From Verrucomicrobiia bacterium (GTDB lineage Bacteria; Verrucomicrobiota; Verrucomicrobiia; Limisphaerales; UBA1319): 64,000 nt of DNA. Every line of letters starts with the position of its first letter. Position 1 is the first letter of the stretch. The stretch lies in the NCBI GenBank assembly GCA_963664225.1, contig OY760937.1, positions 2,336,001-2,400,000 on the forward strand, in the 5' to 3' direction. The notes under the pieces were generated by a model that was given only the letters and a program-made list of their open reading frames with translations, was not told the origin of the DNA and searched no databases. Positions 45,450 through 56,554 of the stretch are shown here, in pieces. Position numbers and translations under genes: made by a program.

Positions 45450-47672
45450 TTATTGCTGCGGGACCAGCATGCCGCGCACGGTTTCGATCAATTTGGCGGG
45501 CGCGTAGGGTTTGGGCAGGAGGATCGAATGCGCGTCGTTCAAAGAGTCCAAGTTTACGGAATCCGGACTGAAGCCGCTGGTGTAGAGCACTTTAAGATCT
45601 GGTTTCAAGGCGCGCAGGTTGCTGGCGAGTTCCGCCCCGGACATTCCATGCTGCATCTTTAAGTCCGTCAGCAGCAAGTCGATATGCCCATGATGATCGT
45701 TCCACACCTGTTGGGCGACCAATCCGTTGTCCGCCTCGAGTATCCGATATCCCTGTCCCTCAAGGATATTGCGAACGAGTTCCGCCACAAAAGCCTCGTC
45801 TTCAACCACTAGAATCGTGGTTCGATCCTCCTCGGTTGGTTGGTTGGGAGCGGATTCTGGCGCGGAAACCGTTTTCTCGGAGGGGAAGAACAATTTAAAA
45901 GTCGTTCCCTGGCCCACTTCGCTCTCCACCTCGATCCATCCCTCGTGCTGTTTGACAATGCCATAGACCGTCGCCAGGCCCAGACCTGTCCCCTTACCGG
46001 AGACCTTGGTGGTGAAAAACGGCTCGAATATTCGCGACTTGGTCGCCTCGTCCATCCCGCAGCCTGTATCTTTAACACTCAGACAAACGAATGGACCTGC
46101 AATCGCGTCCGGATGCGTCTTTAGGTAGCTGGGCTCAATGGTCACTGGCAACGTCACTACGATCAGGTCTCCGCCGGTATTCATGGCGTCCCGCGCGTTG
46201 ACCACTAAATTCATGATCACCTGGTCCACCATGGTCGGGTCGGCGCTGACCAAGGGCAGGTGCGGGGCAAATCTCAGGCGCAAATTGATATCCTCGCGCA
46301 ACAGATGTTTGAACATCTTGAGGCCGTTATTAATGACCTCATTCAGGTCCAGCGGCTTGCGTTGGAGGTTCTGTTTGCGGCTGAACGTCAGTAATTGCTG
46401 GGTCAGACTCGCGGCCCGCTCGCTGGCCTGTTCGATCCGGTCCAATGGCTGATGCAATTCGCCATTGCTGTTGTTTTTCGCCCGGATCAGATGGAGATTC
46501 CCCTGTATGACGGTGAGCAGGTTATTGAAATCATGAGCGACACCCGCCGCCAGTCGGCCAATGGCCTCCATTTTCAAGGCCTTGCGCAGTTCGGCTTCCA
46601 GATGCAGGCGCTCCGTGACGTCATACATGATGATCAAGGCGCAGGGGGTGGTTCCCAATGCGATGGCTTCCGCAAACAAGAGGGCCGTGCGGGCGACTCC
46701 CGATTTCATCCGGAATTTGCATTCCGCCCCGCATATCGAATGCTCATTAAAAAATATTTTTTCAACCTGAGTCCGTGACTCGGCGCTCTCCCAGATGGCC
46801 AGGTCAGTGACCGTGTGGCCGACCACTTCGTCGCGAGCGAATCCGAAGAGCTTCAAAAAACTTTCGTTAATGTCGATAAACCGCCATTCCGTTAGATTGC
46901 ATATACCTATGGCCACAGGACTTACGCGAAACGCGCTGGAAAACCGCTCTTCCGACTGCCGCAACGCCTCCTCCGCCTTCCTTTTATCCGTCACGTCCCG
47001 CGCTATCCCCTCCACGCTCACTGTTTTTCCATCCGCGCGCACCAGCCGGGCGCTGATTTCCAGAATGGAACGGTTCTGTCGGCGGCCCAAAATGGCCAGT
47101 TCCAAAGGCGCGGCCACGCCTCGCGAGCAATCGTCCAGCCACGCCTCAACCGATTTGATTTGAGTGGGATCCACAAATTCACTGAACCTTGTCCCCAGCA
47201 CTCGTTCGCGGGCGCATCCCAATATCCGCTCGCCCGCCTTGTTGACCGATGTGAATTTCCCGCTCAAATCATGGCTATAGACCATGTCGTTGGCCTGCTC
47301 GAATAATTCCCGGTATTTCTCATTCAACGCCGCCTCCCGCTCGGCCTGCTGGCGAATCATCTCGGTCTGTTCCCTCACGCGCCGCCGCAGGGATATCGAC
47401 CATCCCAAGGCGACCAGCAACAAAACCGCAGCCAAGGCGAGGGAAACATCGTAAAAATCGGTCATGAACCCGGTGACGTTCAAGAAGGAAGACTGTTGGG
47501 GATCCCGCTGTGTCAAATTGACACTTCCGGTGGTCGTCTTTTTGCCTGAAGTGTTTTCGGCGAGGGCGATGGGACCTTGTTTCCATTGAATACCGGCCCA
47601 GCCAAGAATCGCAGGCACCGATCCTTTTGCGCACGCGCTCGAAAAACAATGCGTTTCCACTCCATTTTCCAT
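45450..47672 (-). CDS. Hybrid histidine kinase (TM, 2 PAS, HisKA, HATPase, REC); start may be 47465
   Basis: [26 protein letters not shown] and LLLTD. Confidence 0.92.
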   Translation of the reverse strand: MENGVETHCFSSACAKGSVPAILGWAGIQWKQGPIALAENTSGKKTTTGSVNLTQRDPQQSSFLNVTGFMTDFYDVSLALAAVLLLVALGWSISLRRRVREQTEMIRQQAEREAALNEKYRELFEQANDMVYSHDLSGKFTSVNKAGERILGCARERVLGTRFSEFVDPTQIKSVEAWLDDCSRGVAAPLELAILGRRQNRSILEISARLVRADGKTVSVEGIARDVTDKRKAEEALRQSEERFSSAFRVSPVAIGICNLTEWRFIDINESFLKLFGFARDEVVGHTVTDLAIWESAESRTQVEKIFFNEHSICGAECKFRMKSGVARTALLFAEAIALGTTPCALIIMYDVTERLHLEAELRKALKMEAIGRLAAGVAHDFNNLLTVIQGNLHLIRAKNNSNGELHQPLDRIEQASERAASLTQQLLTFSRKQNLQRKPLDLNEVINNGLKMFKHLLREDINLRLRFAPHLPLVSADPTMVDQVIMNLVVNARDAMNTGGDLIVVTLPVTIEPSYLKTHPDAIAGPFVCLSVKDTGCGMDEATKSRIFEPFFTTKVSGKGTGLGLATVYGIVKQHEGWIEVESEVGQGTTFKLFFPSEKTVSAPESAPNQPTEEDRTTILVVEDEAFVAELVRNILEGQGYRILEADNGLVAQQVWNDHHGHIDLLLTDLKMQHGMSGAELASNLRALKPDLKVLYTSGFSPDSVNLDSLNDAHSILLPKPYAPAKLIETVRGMLVPQQ

Positions 47673-47891
47673 AAGAAATGCTCCCTCGTGGCGACCTTTG
47701 TTAAACCAACCTTTAATCTAATTTGGCGTAAAATTGGATTCCCTAAATTAATATTTTTTATTTACCATAATGTCAAGCTTCAAAATTGCTCCATGAAATC
47801 CGGCATTTTCGCCGCTCCAGCCTCATGGATTTGTCGGCCTTCCTTTCTGATCCGTCTTGACCGCCACCCGGGAAACTGCCACCAATGACCC

Positions 47892-49148
47892 ATGATCAAG
47901 CCATGGCCCATTTTCGCCGCCGCCTTGCTGGGGAGCACTCTCCTGGTCTCCGCCAAGGATAACACGTTGCACACCTTCAAAAAGATCCAGCTCACGGATC
48001 AGTTTTATTGCGAAGGCGCTTCTTTCGGGGATTTTAACAAGGACGGCATCATGGATGTCGTGGCCGGCCCTTTCTGGTATGAGGGCCCCACGTTCCAGAA
48101 GTCGCACGAATACCGTCCGGCGCAGAAATACGATCCCAAGAGCTATTCCAACGATTTCATCACCTACGTCTGCGATTTCAACCAGGACGGCTGGCAGGAC
48201 ATCTTCATCATCGGCATGCCCGGCGAGGAGGCCTTCTGGTTTGAGAATCCGCAGGGCAAGGACGGCCCATGGACCCGCCATGTGGCATTTCCGGTGGCGG
48301 ACAACGAATCCCCGAATTTCGGCGACATCAATGGCGATGGCAAACCGGAGCTGATCTGCAACTCAGGCGGCTACTGGGGCTATGCCACGCCGGACTGGAA
48401 AAATCCCAACGAGGTCTGGAAATTCCATCGCATCTCCCCGGCCGGGACCTGGCACCGGTACACCCACGGTCTGGGCATCGGCGACATCAATGGCGATGGC
48501 CGCAAGGATTACGTGGAGATCGGCGGATGGTGGGAACAGCCCGCCTCGCTCGAAGGCGATCCCGTCTGGAAGCTCCATCCCTTTAACTTCGGCGAAGGCG
48601 CCGCGCAGATGCTCGTTTATGATTTCAACGGCGACGGCTTGAACGACATCGTCACCTGCCTGCATCCCCACAAATACGGCATGGCGTGGTTCGAGCAGGT
48701 CAAAAAGGACGGGGAAATCACCTTCATCAAGCACCAGTTCATGGGTGAAAAAGCCGAGGACAACAAATACGGTCTCAAGATCACCCAGCTCCACGCCTTC
48801 GAACTCGTCGATATGGACGGGGACGGCATTATGGACTTCGTCACCGGCAAACGCCATTGGGCGCATCCCCCGAACACGGACCCGGAGTGGGACGCCCCCT
48901 CGGTCCTCTATTGGTTCCAGACCGTGCGTTCGGCGGACGGCAAGAGCGTTGATTTCGTGCCGCACCTCATCGATGACGCCTCGGGCGTCGGCACCCAGTT
49001 CGCCGTGGGCGATCTGAACAAGGACGGCCTGCCGGACGTGGTGATCGGGAACAAAAACGGCAACTTCGTCTTCCTGCACGAGACCAAAAAAGTCTCCAAG
49101 GAAGAATGGGAGAAGGCCCAGCCCAAAGTCCTGTTCCCCGGGAAATAG
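47892..49148 (+). CDS. Secreted FG-GAP/VCBS repeat protein
   Basis: Signal peptide and about 7 D[FIML]NxDGxxD repeats. Confidence 0.92.
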   Translation: MIKPWPIFAAALLGSTLLVSAKDNTLHTFKKIQLTDQFYCEGASFGDFNKDGIMDVVAGPFWYEGPTFQKSHEYRPAQKYDPKSYSNDFITYVCDFNQDGWQDIFIIGMPGEEAFWFENPQGKDGPWTRHVAFPVADNESPNFGDINGDGKPELICNSGGYWGYATPDWKNPNEVWKFHRISPAGTWHRYTHGLGIGDINGDGRKDYVEIGGWWEQPASLEGDPVWKLHPFNFGEGAAQMLVYDFNGDGLNDIVTCLHPHKYGMAWFEQVKKDGEITFIKHQFMGEKAEDNKYGLKITQLHAFELVDMDGDGIMDFVTGKRHWAHPPNTDPEWDAPSVLYWFQTVRSADGKSVDFVPHLIDDASGVGTQFAVGDLNKDGLPDVVIGNKNGNFVFLHETKKVSKEEWEKAQPKVLFPGK

Positions 49149-49279
49149 GCGCTGTTTAAGGGCGCGCAAGTCTCTTGCGCGCGATTTCAACGAACGGAAC
49201 GAATGGCGTGTAATCCCGAACGGGTTGCACGCATCCATCTCACTTCATGGGCTCCGACATGCCGGAGGCGTTCCGTCCG

Positions 49280-49483
49280 TGCAACCCGGAACGGATTGCC
49301 ATCACTCAGCTCCGGGTTGTCCGCCAGGGTCTACCCGGGGGACCGAAATCCCCACAGATTCTCAACGCTGTAAGAGCTGCATCTGATCCAACTCCTACAG
49401 AGTTGGCGTTGCGTTTGGGTGCGCCACCCGGGGTAGCTCGTTCCTCGCAACCCCGGTCTGAATGATTTAATCCCTTCGGGATA
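49280..49483. repeat. Composite REP-like palindromic element
   Basis: Inverted arms CAGCTCCGGGTTG...CTACCCGGG and CCCGGGGTAGCTCG...CAACCCCGGTCTG with short hairpins (CAACTCCTACAGAGTTG, ATCCCTTCGGGAT). Confidence 0.6.
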
Positions 49484-49605
49484 AAGAGACGCGCGCAGGA
49501 TAACCATGTGCAAGTGCAGCGGCCAATACCAATACCATTCGCAGGCGAATTCCGACCACCCCGGAACGGATTGCAATCGTCGCCAAAGGCGTATTCAATG
49601 GAGCG

Positions 49606-52596
49606 ATGACAAGTGCGGCATGGCAAAAGGCGATCAAGGCGTGCGCCGATCCTCAACGGGTGCGCATGGTGCTTGAGAAACTGGGCTCCACCTCCGCCGC
49701 GCGGGTGCTGGACGCGGCGGACGAACCTCTGGCGCGGATTCTGGCGGCGCTCTTCAGCGGTTCCCAGGCCATGAGCGATCTGCTGGTGGCCAGGCCGCAA
49801 TGGCTGGAGGCACGGCTGTTCGATCCTGAAAACCTGGCGCATCCCCGTCAAAAACAGGGCCAGCATCGCGAGGTGCGTTCCTGGCTCAAGCCCGCGCTCG
49901 AGGCGGGGGATTATGCGTCGGCTTTTGCGCAGTTGCGGCAGTTCAAGCAGCGAGAGATGTTGCGCATCGCCGCGCGGGATTTGGGGCGGTTGAGCAATGC
50001 CACGGAAATCACGCAGGAAATCACGAACGTGGCCGACCTGTGCCTGGAAACGGTGTTTCAGATTTGCTGGCGTCAGTTGACCACGCGGTTTGGCACGCCG
50101 TATCACCAGGATGCGGATGGCGACTGGCAGCAGACCGGCTTTGCCGTGATCGGCCTGGGCAAGCTCGGCGGCCAGGATTTGAATTACAGTTCGGACATTG
50201 ACGTGGTGTTCGTTTATACCGAGGAAGGTGCGGCGTTCAAGAAGCCGCCCGCCAAGTCAGACAAGTCTGGCGATGGCGGTTCCGGCATGGGCAGCCACCA
50301 ATTTTTCACGCGGCTGGCCGAGGCGTTCATCGCGGAAATCGCGCGGATGACGCCGGACGGTTTTCTATTCCGCATCGATCTGCGGTTGCGCCCCGAGGGC
50401 CAGTCCGGTCCGCTGGCCCGCTCGCTGGCGAGCTACGAAAACTACTACGCGCAATGGGGCCAGACCTGGGAGCGCATGATGCTCATCAAGGCCCGGGGCG
50501 TGGCCGGAGACGGTTCGCTGGCGTCCGAATTCATCGAGATGATCCAGCCCTTCCGCTACCCGCGCTCGTTGGGCGAACGGATTTTGGGCGAGATCGCCGC
50601 CACGAAGCAGCGGATCGAGAACGAAGTCGTCAAGGCGGGGGAGATCGACCGCAACGTGAAACTGGGCCGGGGCGGCATCCGGGAAATTGAGTTTGTGACG
50701 CAGACGCTGCAACTCCTGAACGCGGGACGCCTGCCATTTCTCCAGGAAAGCCGGACGCTGGCCGCGTTGAAAAAGCTCGTGGATTACCGCCTTATGAGCG
50801 AAGCCGAGGCGGCCTCTTTAACCGGCGCCTGGTCCTTTTTGAGGGATGTCGAACACCGGCTCCAGATGGAGGCCAATCTTCAGACGCACACCATTCCTTT
50901 GGAAAAAGAAGCCCGCCAGCGCCTGGCCGCGCTCATGGGTTTTCCAAAGCTGGCCGATTTCGAGAAGGCCTTGAAGGAGCACACGACCGCCGTGCGCCGG
51001 GTCTATGACAAGTGGCTGCATCATACGGTTCCCGAAAATCCGACCGCGACTTTGCCGGACTTCGAGGAGGGGCGGGAGGCCTGGACGCATCTGCTCGAGG
51101 AGCGTTCCTTCCGCGAACCCCAGAACGCCGCGAAGGTGCTCCAATCCCTCGTGCACGGCCCCGGCTACATTCACGTCTCCAGCCGCACCATCGAGCTGGC
51201 GCGCGATCTCCTGCCGCGTTTCCTGAAATTGTGTCCGGTCAAGGGCCACCCCGTTCCCGAGGCTGCGGACCAATCGCAATCCCAAACCCAATCTCAACCT
51301 CAAGTGCTCTCCGATCCGGATCGCGTGCTCGCGCGGCTGGACAGTTTTGTGGCCGCCTACGGCGCGCGATCCACGCTGTTCGAAACCTGGGCCGCCAATC
51401 CCTCGCTTTTCGATCTGCTGCTGCTGCTCTTTGACCGCTCGGAATTTCTGGCCGAAATCGCCATTCACGTTCCGGACCTGGTGGATGACCTGATGCTGAG
51501 CGGTCGCCTGCGCCGCTCGAAGCCCGCGGCGGAGATTCTCAAGGACCTGCGCTACGGGCATGCGGATGAGGATCAGAGGCTGTGGATTCGGCGCTATCAT
51601 CAGGCCGAATTCATGCGCATCGGCCTGCGCGAAATCCTGGGCCTGGCCGATTACGAGCAGAACCTGCTGGAATTGACGGCGCTGGCCGAGGCCTGCCTCC
51701 AATACGCCCTGGAGGTGGTGATGCGTGAGCGAAAGATTAAAAAACCGCCTTTCGCCATCATCGGCCTGGGCAAACTGGGCGGTTCCGAGCTGACCTACGG
51801 TTCGGATCTGGACCTGCTGTTTGTGGCGGATTCCAAGGTCAAAAACATCGCCGCGCTGCAGGCCCTCGGGGCGCGCGTCATGGAATTGCTCTCCAGCCAG
51901 ACGGAAATGGGCGTGGCCTTCAAGACGGATGCGCGACTCCGGCCCGATGGCGAAAAAGGGCTGCTCGTGACCACCCTGGCGGCCTGCGAGGATTACTACC
52001 GGAACCGGGCCATGCTCTGGGAAATCCAGACCCTGACGCGCTCCCGGCCCGTGGCGGGCGATTCCGCCGTGGGGGCGCGGTTCCAAAAGCTCGCCTCCGA
52101 CCTCACGAATTTCAGCGCGCAGGAGAGACGGCCCGCGGCCTATGTGCCCGATTGGAAAAGGCAGATTGCGAACATGCGCCTGCGGATTGAAAAGGAGCGC
52201 GTTTCCGCCGGACGGCAGGCCCTGGCCTTCAAGACGGGCGCGGGCGGGTTGATGGACGCGGAGTTCATCGCCCAGTGTTTGTGCCTCGAACACGGTTGGC
52301 AGGAGCCCAACACTCTCAAGGCTCTGGAGAAGGCGCGCGACACCCAGGCCATGCCCCGGGAACAGGCCATCGAGCTGATTGAGAATTACCGCCACCTCCT
52401 GCGCATCGAATGCATTCTGCGCCGTTGGAGTTATGAAGGCGAATCCGAGTTGCCCGCGGATCCTGCGCCTCAATATCGCGTGGCCATCCGCTGCGGTTTT
52501 TCCAGCGCCCAGGCCCTGCTCGATGCCATGGCCGGCTACCGCAAGGCGATCCGCCGTGTCCATGAGGCCTTTTTCGCCCCGGACCGGCAGTCGTAA
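49606..52596 (+). CDS. glnE: Bifunctional glutamine synthetase adenylyltransferase / adenylyl-removing enzyme
   Basis: Two GKLGG.[DE]L.Y.SD.D motifs, DLRLRPEG / DARLRPDG and KLGRGGIREIEF. Confidence 0.95.
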   Translation: MTSAAWQKAIKACADPQRVRMVLEKLGSTSAARVLDAADEPLARILAALFSGSQAMSDLLVARPQWLEARLFDPENLAHPRQKQGQHREVRSWLKPALEAGDYASAFAQLRQFKQREMLRIAARDLGRLSNATEITQEITNVADLCLETVFQICWRQLTTRFGTPYHQDADGDWQQTGFAVIGLGKLGGQDLNYSSDIDVVFVYTEEGAAFKKPPAKSDKSGDGGSGMGSHQFFTRLAEAFIAEIARMTPDGFLFRIDLRLRPEGQSGPLARSLASYENYYAQWGQTWERMMLIKARGVAGDGSLASEFIEMIQPFRYPRSLGERILGEIAATKQRIENEVVKAGEIDRNVKLGRGGIREIEFVTQTLQLLNAGRLPFLQESRTLAALKKLVDYRLMSEAEAASLTGAWSFLRDVEHRLQMEANLQTHTIPLEKEARQRLAALMGFPKLADFEKALKEHTTAVRRVYDKWLHHTVPENPTATLPDFEEGREAWTHLLEERSFREPQNAAKVLQSLVHGPGYIHVSSRTIELARDLLPRFLKLCPVKGHPVPEAADQSQSQTQSQPQVLSDPDRVLARLDSFVAAYGARSTLFETWAANPSLFDLLLLLFDRSEFLAEIAIHVPDLVDDLMLSGRLRRSKPAAEILKDLRYGHADEDQRLWIRRYHQAEFMRIGLREILGLADYEQNLLELTALAEACLQYALEVVMRERKIKKPPFAIIGLGKLGGSELTYGSDLDLLFVADSKVKNIAALQALGARVMELLSSQTEMGVAFKTDARLRPDGEKGLLVTTLAACEDYYRNRAMLWEIQTLTRSRPVAGDSAVGARFQKLASDLTNFSAQERRPAAYVPDWKRQIANMRLRIEKERVSAGRQALAFKTGAGGLMDAEFIAQCLCLEHGWQEPNTLKALEKARDTQAMPREQAIELIENYRHLLRIECILRRWSYEGESELPADPAPQYRVAIRCGFSSAQALLDAMAGYRKAIRRVHEAFFAPDRQS

Positions 52597-52686
52597 TATC
52601 AGCGGGAATGGCTTGCACCCTGGCCTGTTGAATGCGGTTATTTTACTTGCCAGAGGCCGCATGAGAGAGAATAAATTGAATTTATC

Positions 52687-53661
52687 TTGAAAAAGATATT
52701 CATCCAATGCGAAGGCAAGGCGGTGGGGCCCTCCAGCGTCGCGGAGGTTCGATCGCTGATCTCAGCCGGTTGGCTCATGAAGTCAAACCTGGCCCGGTAT
52801 GAAGAAGATGAGGATTGGCAGCCCCTTTCCGCAATGCCCGAGTTCAGCGATGACGTGACTGAGTCTCCTGCGGAGCCTGCCGCGCAGTCGGCATTACCGA
52901 AACCTCTCCCTGAGGCCAGGGCGCCCCGGGACTTCGCGCTGATACTGCGGGTCGCTTTTCGAGTGCTGTTGCTCTTGATATTGCTGGGCCTGGTGGCGTA
53001 CGGCGGCTACTACCTGGTGCGCCACGGCAAGGACCTGGTCAAATCGGCTCAGACCCTCCTGCCTGTTGGCAAAAGCGCCAATACGAACATCCCCAACACC
53101 GCCAACACCCCCTCAGCGACCAACATTGCGTCATCGAAGGCAACCGTTCCAGTCCCTGCGACGAATGCGGTTCCCGCCCCGGCGCAAAAGGTCCGGGTGG
53201 TTCAACTGACGTCCGCACCGACCAATACGGCTCTGGCGCCCTGGGAACGCGCCACCCATTCCGCCACCCCCGCCGCGGCCATCACGACGGTTTCCAACGC
53301 CACAACCCTTGCCCCGTCCACTGTCGTCTCACGTCGCAGCATTGTTTCCAGCCTCGATCCCAAGTCCACGCCTTTCGGACCATACGATGTGCTTGTCATC
53401 AATGCCGTTCAGAAACGATGGTTTACTCTCGTGGATCAAAATCCGGGCCTGGGTCGGCGATCCGGACGGGTGGTTATCTCTTTTCAGCTCTTTAGAAACG
53501 GATCCGTGGCCAATGTGAAAGTGGTCCAAAGCTCGGGCAATGGCCTTCAGGAATACCTGTGCCAACAGGCGGTGAACGATTCCAAGCCCTTCCCCAGTTG
53601 GCCAGCCAACGTCGCGGTTAACAACGATTCCCGCGAGGTTCACTTCACTTTCCAGTACTGA
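52687..53661 (+). CDS. Membrane protein with a GYF_2-like N-terminus and TonB/TolA-like C-terminal domain
   Basis: GPSS...W.PL, one TM, Ala/Thr/Pro linker, GRVVISFQL..NGSV...SSG....PFPSWP. Confidence 0.7.
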   Translation: MKKIFIQCEGKAVGPSSVAEVRSLISAGWLMKSNLARYEEDEDWQPLSAMPEFSDDVTESPAEPAAQSALPKPLPEARAPRDFALILRVAFRVLLLLILLGLVAYGGYYLVRHGKDLVKSAQTLLPVGKSANTNIPNTANTPSATNIASSKATVPVPATNAVPAPAQKVRVVQLTSAPTNTALAPWERATHSATPAAAITTVSNATTLAPSTVVSRRSIVSSLDPKSTPFGPYDVLVINAVQKRWFTLVDQNPGLGRRSGRVVISFQLFRNGSVANVKVVQSSGNGLQEYLCQQAVNDSKPFPSWPANVAVNNDSREVHFTFQY

Positions 53662-53764
53662 TGCCGCGCAGGGGCGTCTCTCGCAGCCTGAAGAAAAAGG
53701 GTGGCCGCTTTCCGGGGCCACCCCAATACTTCATTACTTCATTCAGCGTCCGTCGTCCCAGTCC

Positions 53765-55246
53765 TCATTTCTTCGGAGGCAGCGGTTCCGCGGCGTTGTC
53801 CGTGTTAAAGAATTTATTGATGACATTGGCGGGCCAGGAATCGCTCAGGATTTGCGTCTTGCCATTTTTCCAGATCGCCAGGTCCAGGCGATGCAGCTGG
53901 TTGGTGGTCGGCTCCGTCGCAATCGCCGCAAAGCAAAGTTCATCGGCGGTTTTCCACACCGGCGTGATTCCAGAGGATTTGCGATCGGCATCGGGCTGGA
54001 CGTTTTCCACCTTGCCGCTGGCCAGATCATAGATGATGACCCCGCCATTATCGAGTTCGGCGGAAATGCGTTTGCTGTCGGGACTGACTTCAAAGGTCAC
54101 CCACTTCTGGGGGACCTCGGCCTCCAAATCCTGCGGAATGAGTTTGATGACGGAATGATAGCGCTCCGGATCGATGGCATAAAGTTGCTCGCGCTGCGGC
54201 ATTTCCCGGGCCGTGGCGGGAAGCCTGACTTCAATGCTGGAAAACACGATGCGCCCATCCTTCAGGCAGCGCACTTTGCCTGTTTCGTCAAAGATCAGGC
54301 CTGCGATGTCCTCGTTGGGGTTGGTTGCCTTCAGAGCGCCGTGATCGTCGAGAACCAGGCGCCTGGAGATCACGCCCAGCCGGATCGATTGGCCGGAGGC
54401 GCTTCCATCGGCCTTGATGAAAACCAGCGAGCGTCCGTCGGGAGTCCAATCCGGGTAGAATGAGACCTGGTTGGTCTCGATCAACACCGGAACCCCCGGT
54501 TCTGTCGCGGAAGCCACGGAGAGCGGCCCGGCGAGACCTGTCGTGGCAAACCATTTTTCATCGGGCGAGAGTCTCAGGTCGAGACAGGGCGTGATGGACT
54601 GGAAAAGCTCGGCCGTTTTTGTAACCTGCCTGTCCGCATAGTGCATCCGCTGGATCACGCAGGTTTCCGCCTCGCGTTCCTTCACCAGTTCCTCGTGTTC
54701 CTTGATGCCTGCAAGATCGCTTCCGTGGCAGTCGCGCCAGCACAGCCACAGGGCTTCCACGAAACCTTCCCCTTTGGATTCCTTTAAATTGCTCAGCACT
54801 TCTCCGCTGGATTCGCCCGCCTTTAATCGGGGAACGAGCGACGCGGCCTCAGTGGAAATTTCCCGCACCCATTCCCCCTTGCTGGTGTTGGTGAATTCCG
54901 TCCAGGTTTTGGCCTTGATGCTGGTCTCCACCAGAAAATCCTGGGAGTTGGAAAACCAGGTCACCACAAAGGCATTCGTGAGCAAAGGTCCGGACAACTC
55001 GCCCTTGCCATCACAGAAATAGAGCGTGTTGTCCACGATCAACGCGGCCACCTCGCCGTTGGGCGCCCAGAAGACTCGCTTGAAATCGAAACAACCGGCC
55101 AGCAACAGGCAGCAAACCAGGGCCAGGCACAACCGCCACACCATGGTTCTTGTTCGAACGCGTTCCATGGGATTCGCGCCAGCGGGCGGATCGTCGTGAT
55201 GAGTTTTCATATGCTTGCTCTGACAAGGACAGGATTCTGTATTCAT
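53765..55246 (-). CDS. TolB/WD40-like beta-propeller lipoprotein (start probably further downstream)
   Basis: Lipobox LLAGC; WAPNG, LSPDE, WTPDG and VSPDS repeats. Confidence 0.75.
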   Translation of the reverse strand: MNTESCPCQSKHMKTHHDDPPAGANPMERVRTRTMVWRLCLALVCCLLLAGCFDFKRVFWAPNGEVAALIVDNTLYFCDGKGELSGPLLTNAFVVTWFSNSQDFLVETSIKAKTWTEFTNTSKGEWVREISTEAASLVPRLKAGESSGEVLSNLKESKGEGFVEALWLCWRDCHGSDLAGIKEHEELVKEREAETCVIQRMHYADRQVTKTAELFQSITPCLDLRLSPDEKWFATTGLAGPLSVASATEPGVPVLIETNQVSFYPDWTPDGRSLVFIKADGSASGQSIRLGVISRRLVLDDHGALKATNPNEDIAGLIFDETGKVRCLKDGRIVFSSIEVRLPATAREMPQREQLYAIDPERYHSVIKLIPQDLEAEVPQKWVTFEVSPDSKRISAELDNGGVIIYDLASGKVENVQPDADRKSSGITPVWKTADELCFAAIATEPTTNQLHRLDLAIWKNGKTQILSDSWPANVINKFFNTDNAAEPLPPKK

Positions 55247-55258
55247 TTTGTTCAGGGG

Positions 55259-55789
55259 TTAAGAGTTGGCTTTGATTCGGGGCTTTTTGACCGGCGACTC
55301 CCATTCCACGGAGTAACCCCCGCGCCGGGATGTGTCATTCGTGCGCATCTGCCAGTTTTTGACCGACCAGAAAGAGCCTGGGTTTTGTGAAGGTAAAACG
55401 GGTTGAACCGCGATGGCGGCCATTGCGGCCACGGGTTCGCGAACGACTTCCTGCATGACCGGCGGTTGAACCAGCCACATCTTGCCGATCAGAAAACCGA
55501 TGGCCAGACAGGCGGCCATGGCCGCCCACGCGGGCAGTCCGAACCGGGAGGGATGGCGCGGTTCGGCAGCGGATGTCATCGCAAATGCCGGTTCAGGAAG
55601 GGCGGGTTTCGGTGCTGCCGCATAGGCCATCCGGGCCAGGTCCATCGTCTGACGAAACTCCCCGGCCTGCCGGGCGGCATCCGGGTTTTGTGCCAGGTAA
55701 ATCTCCAGAAGTTGGGAGGCCTCGGCGCTCAAGGCCCCGGCCTGTTCATCCATCAGCAGCAGTTCCAGTGAATCACGATCCAAGTGCAT
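55259..55789 (-). CDS. Putative anti-sigma factor
   Basis: ASD-like N-terminus and single TM, directly after the ECF sigma gene. Confidence 0.75.
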   Translation of the reverse strand: MHLDRDSLELLLMDEQAGALSAEASQLLEIYLAQNPDAARQAGEFRQTMDLARMAYAAAPKPALPEPAFAMTSAAEPRHPSRFGLPAWAAMAACLAIGFLIGKMWLVQPPVMQEVVREPVAAMAAIAVQPVLPSQNPGSFWSVKNWQMRTNDTSRRGGYSVEWESPVKKPRIKANS

Positions 55790-55790
55790 A

Positions 55791-56279
55791 TCAATCCTCT
55801 CTCATCATTTTCTCGCGAAGTTGTTTTACCGCCAGGTGCAGTCGCGAGCGCACCGTTCCGATGGGGATTCCCAGCGCGCTGGAGATTTCCTCGTAGGAAA
55901 ACTCATGCTGCAACCGCAGTTCCAGCACCTCGCGATGGGATGGCGTCAGCGTATGAATGGCCTCGCGCATGCGCTCCAGCCTGGGGTTTATGTCGGTGAC
56001 AGGATCGGGCTTGATCTCGACCTCCGGTAACAATTCAAGTTCCGGCTGTCGGCAGGCCTCCTGGCTCAGATGCCTGGCAATGCCGAACAGGTAGGCCCGC
56101 GCGGATGCGGCCTCCTGCACACGACCGGGGCATTTCATGGCCTGGACAAAGGTGTCCTGCAAAAGGTCCTCGGCCAATTGCGCCTGCCGATGCCTGCGTG
56201 CGAAATAGGTCAGCAAGGCCGGTCCCACCTGGTCGTAAAGGTTGCTCCAATAACATTCCATCCCGTTTGGATCGGCCAC
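55791..56279 (-). CDS. ECF sigma-70 factor
   Basis: AEDLLQDTF, YLFGIAR and SYEEISSALGIPIGTVRSRLH. Confidence 0.93.
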   Translation of the reverse strand: MADPNGMECYWSNLYDQVGPALLTYFARRHRQAQLAEDLLQDTFVQAMKCPGRVQEAASARAYLFGIARHLSQEACRQPELELLPEVEIKPDPVTDINPRLERMREAIHTLTPSHREVLELRLQHEFSYEEISSALGIPIGTVRSRLHLAVKQLREKMMRED

Positions 56280-56554
56280 AGGCCCATCCTCTCACTTTAT
56301 ACGTCGGGAAAACAGGCGAAAAAGTTCAAACCAACAACGCGGGACTGCAGTACTGCGCATTTCCAATCTGCAAGGCCTGAAAGCCATGGAGCATCCCCGG
56401 CACTGCAAGTTTGGCAATACCAGTTGTTTACTGGCCTTTCGGAAACTCTCAATGGTCGCAGAATGCAGTGACTTTCCAACGATCCCGTCCCCAGAACCGA
56501 AAAAAACTGACAGCGGGCGGCAAATCACGTTAATTAGGGCGGTTTTGATTTGAT

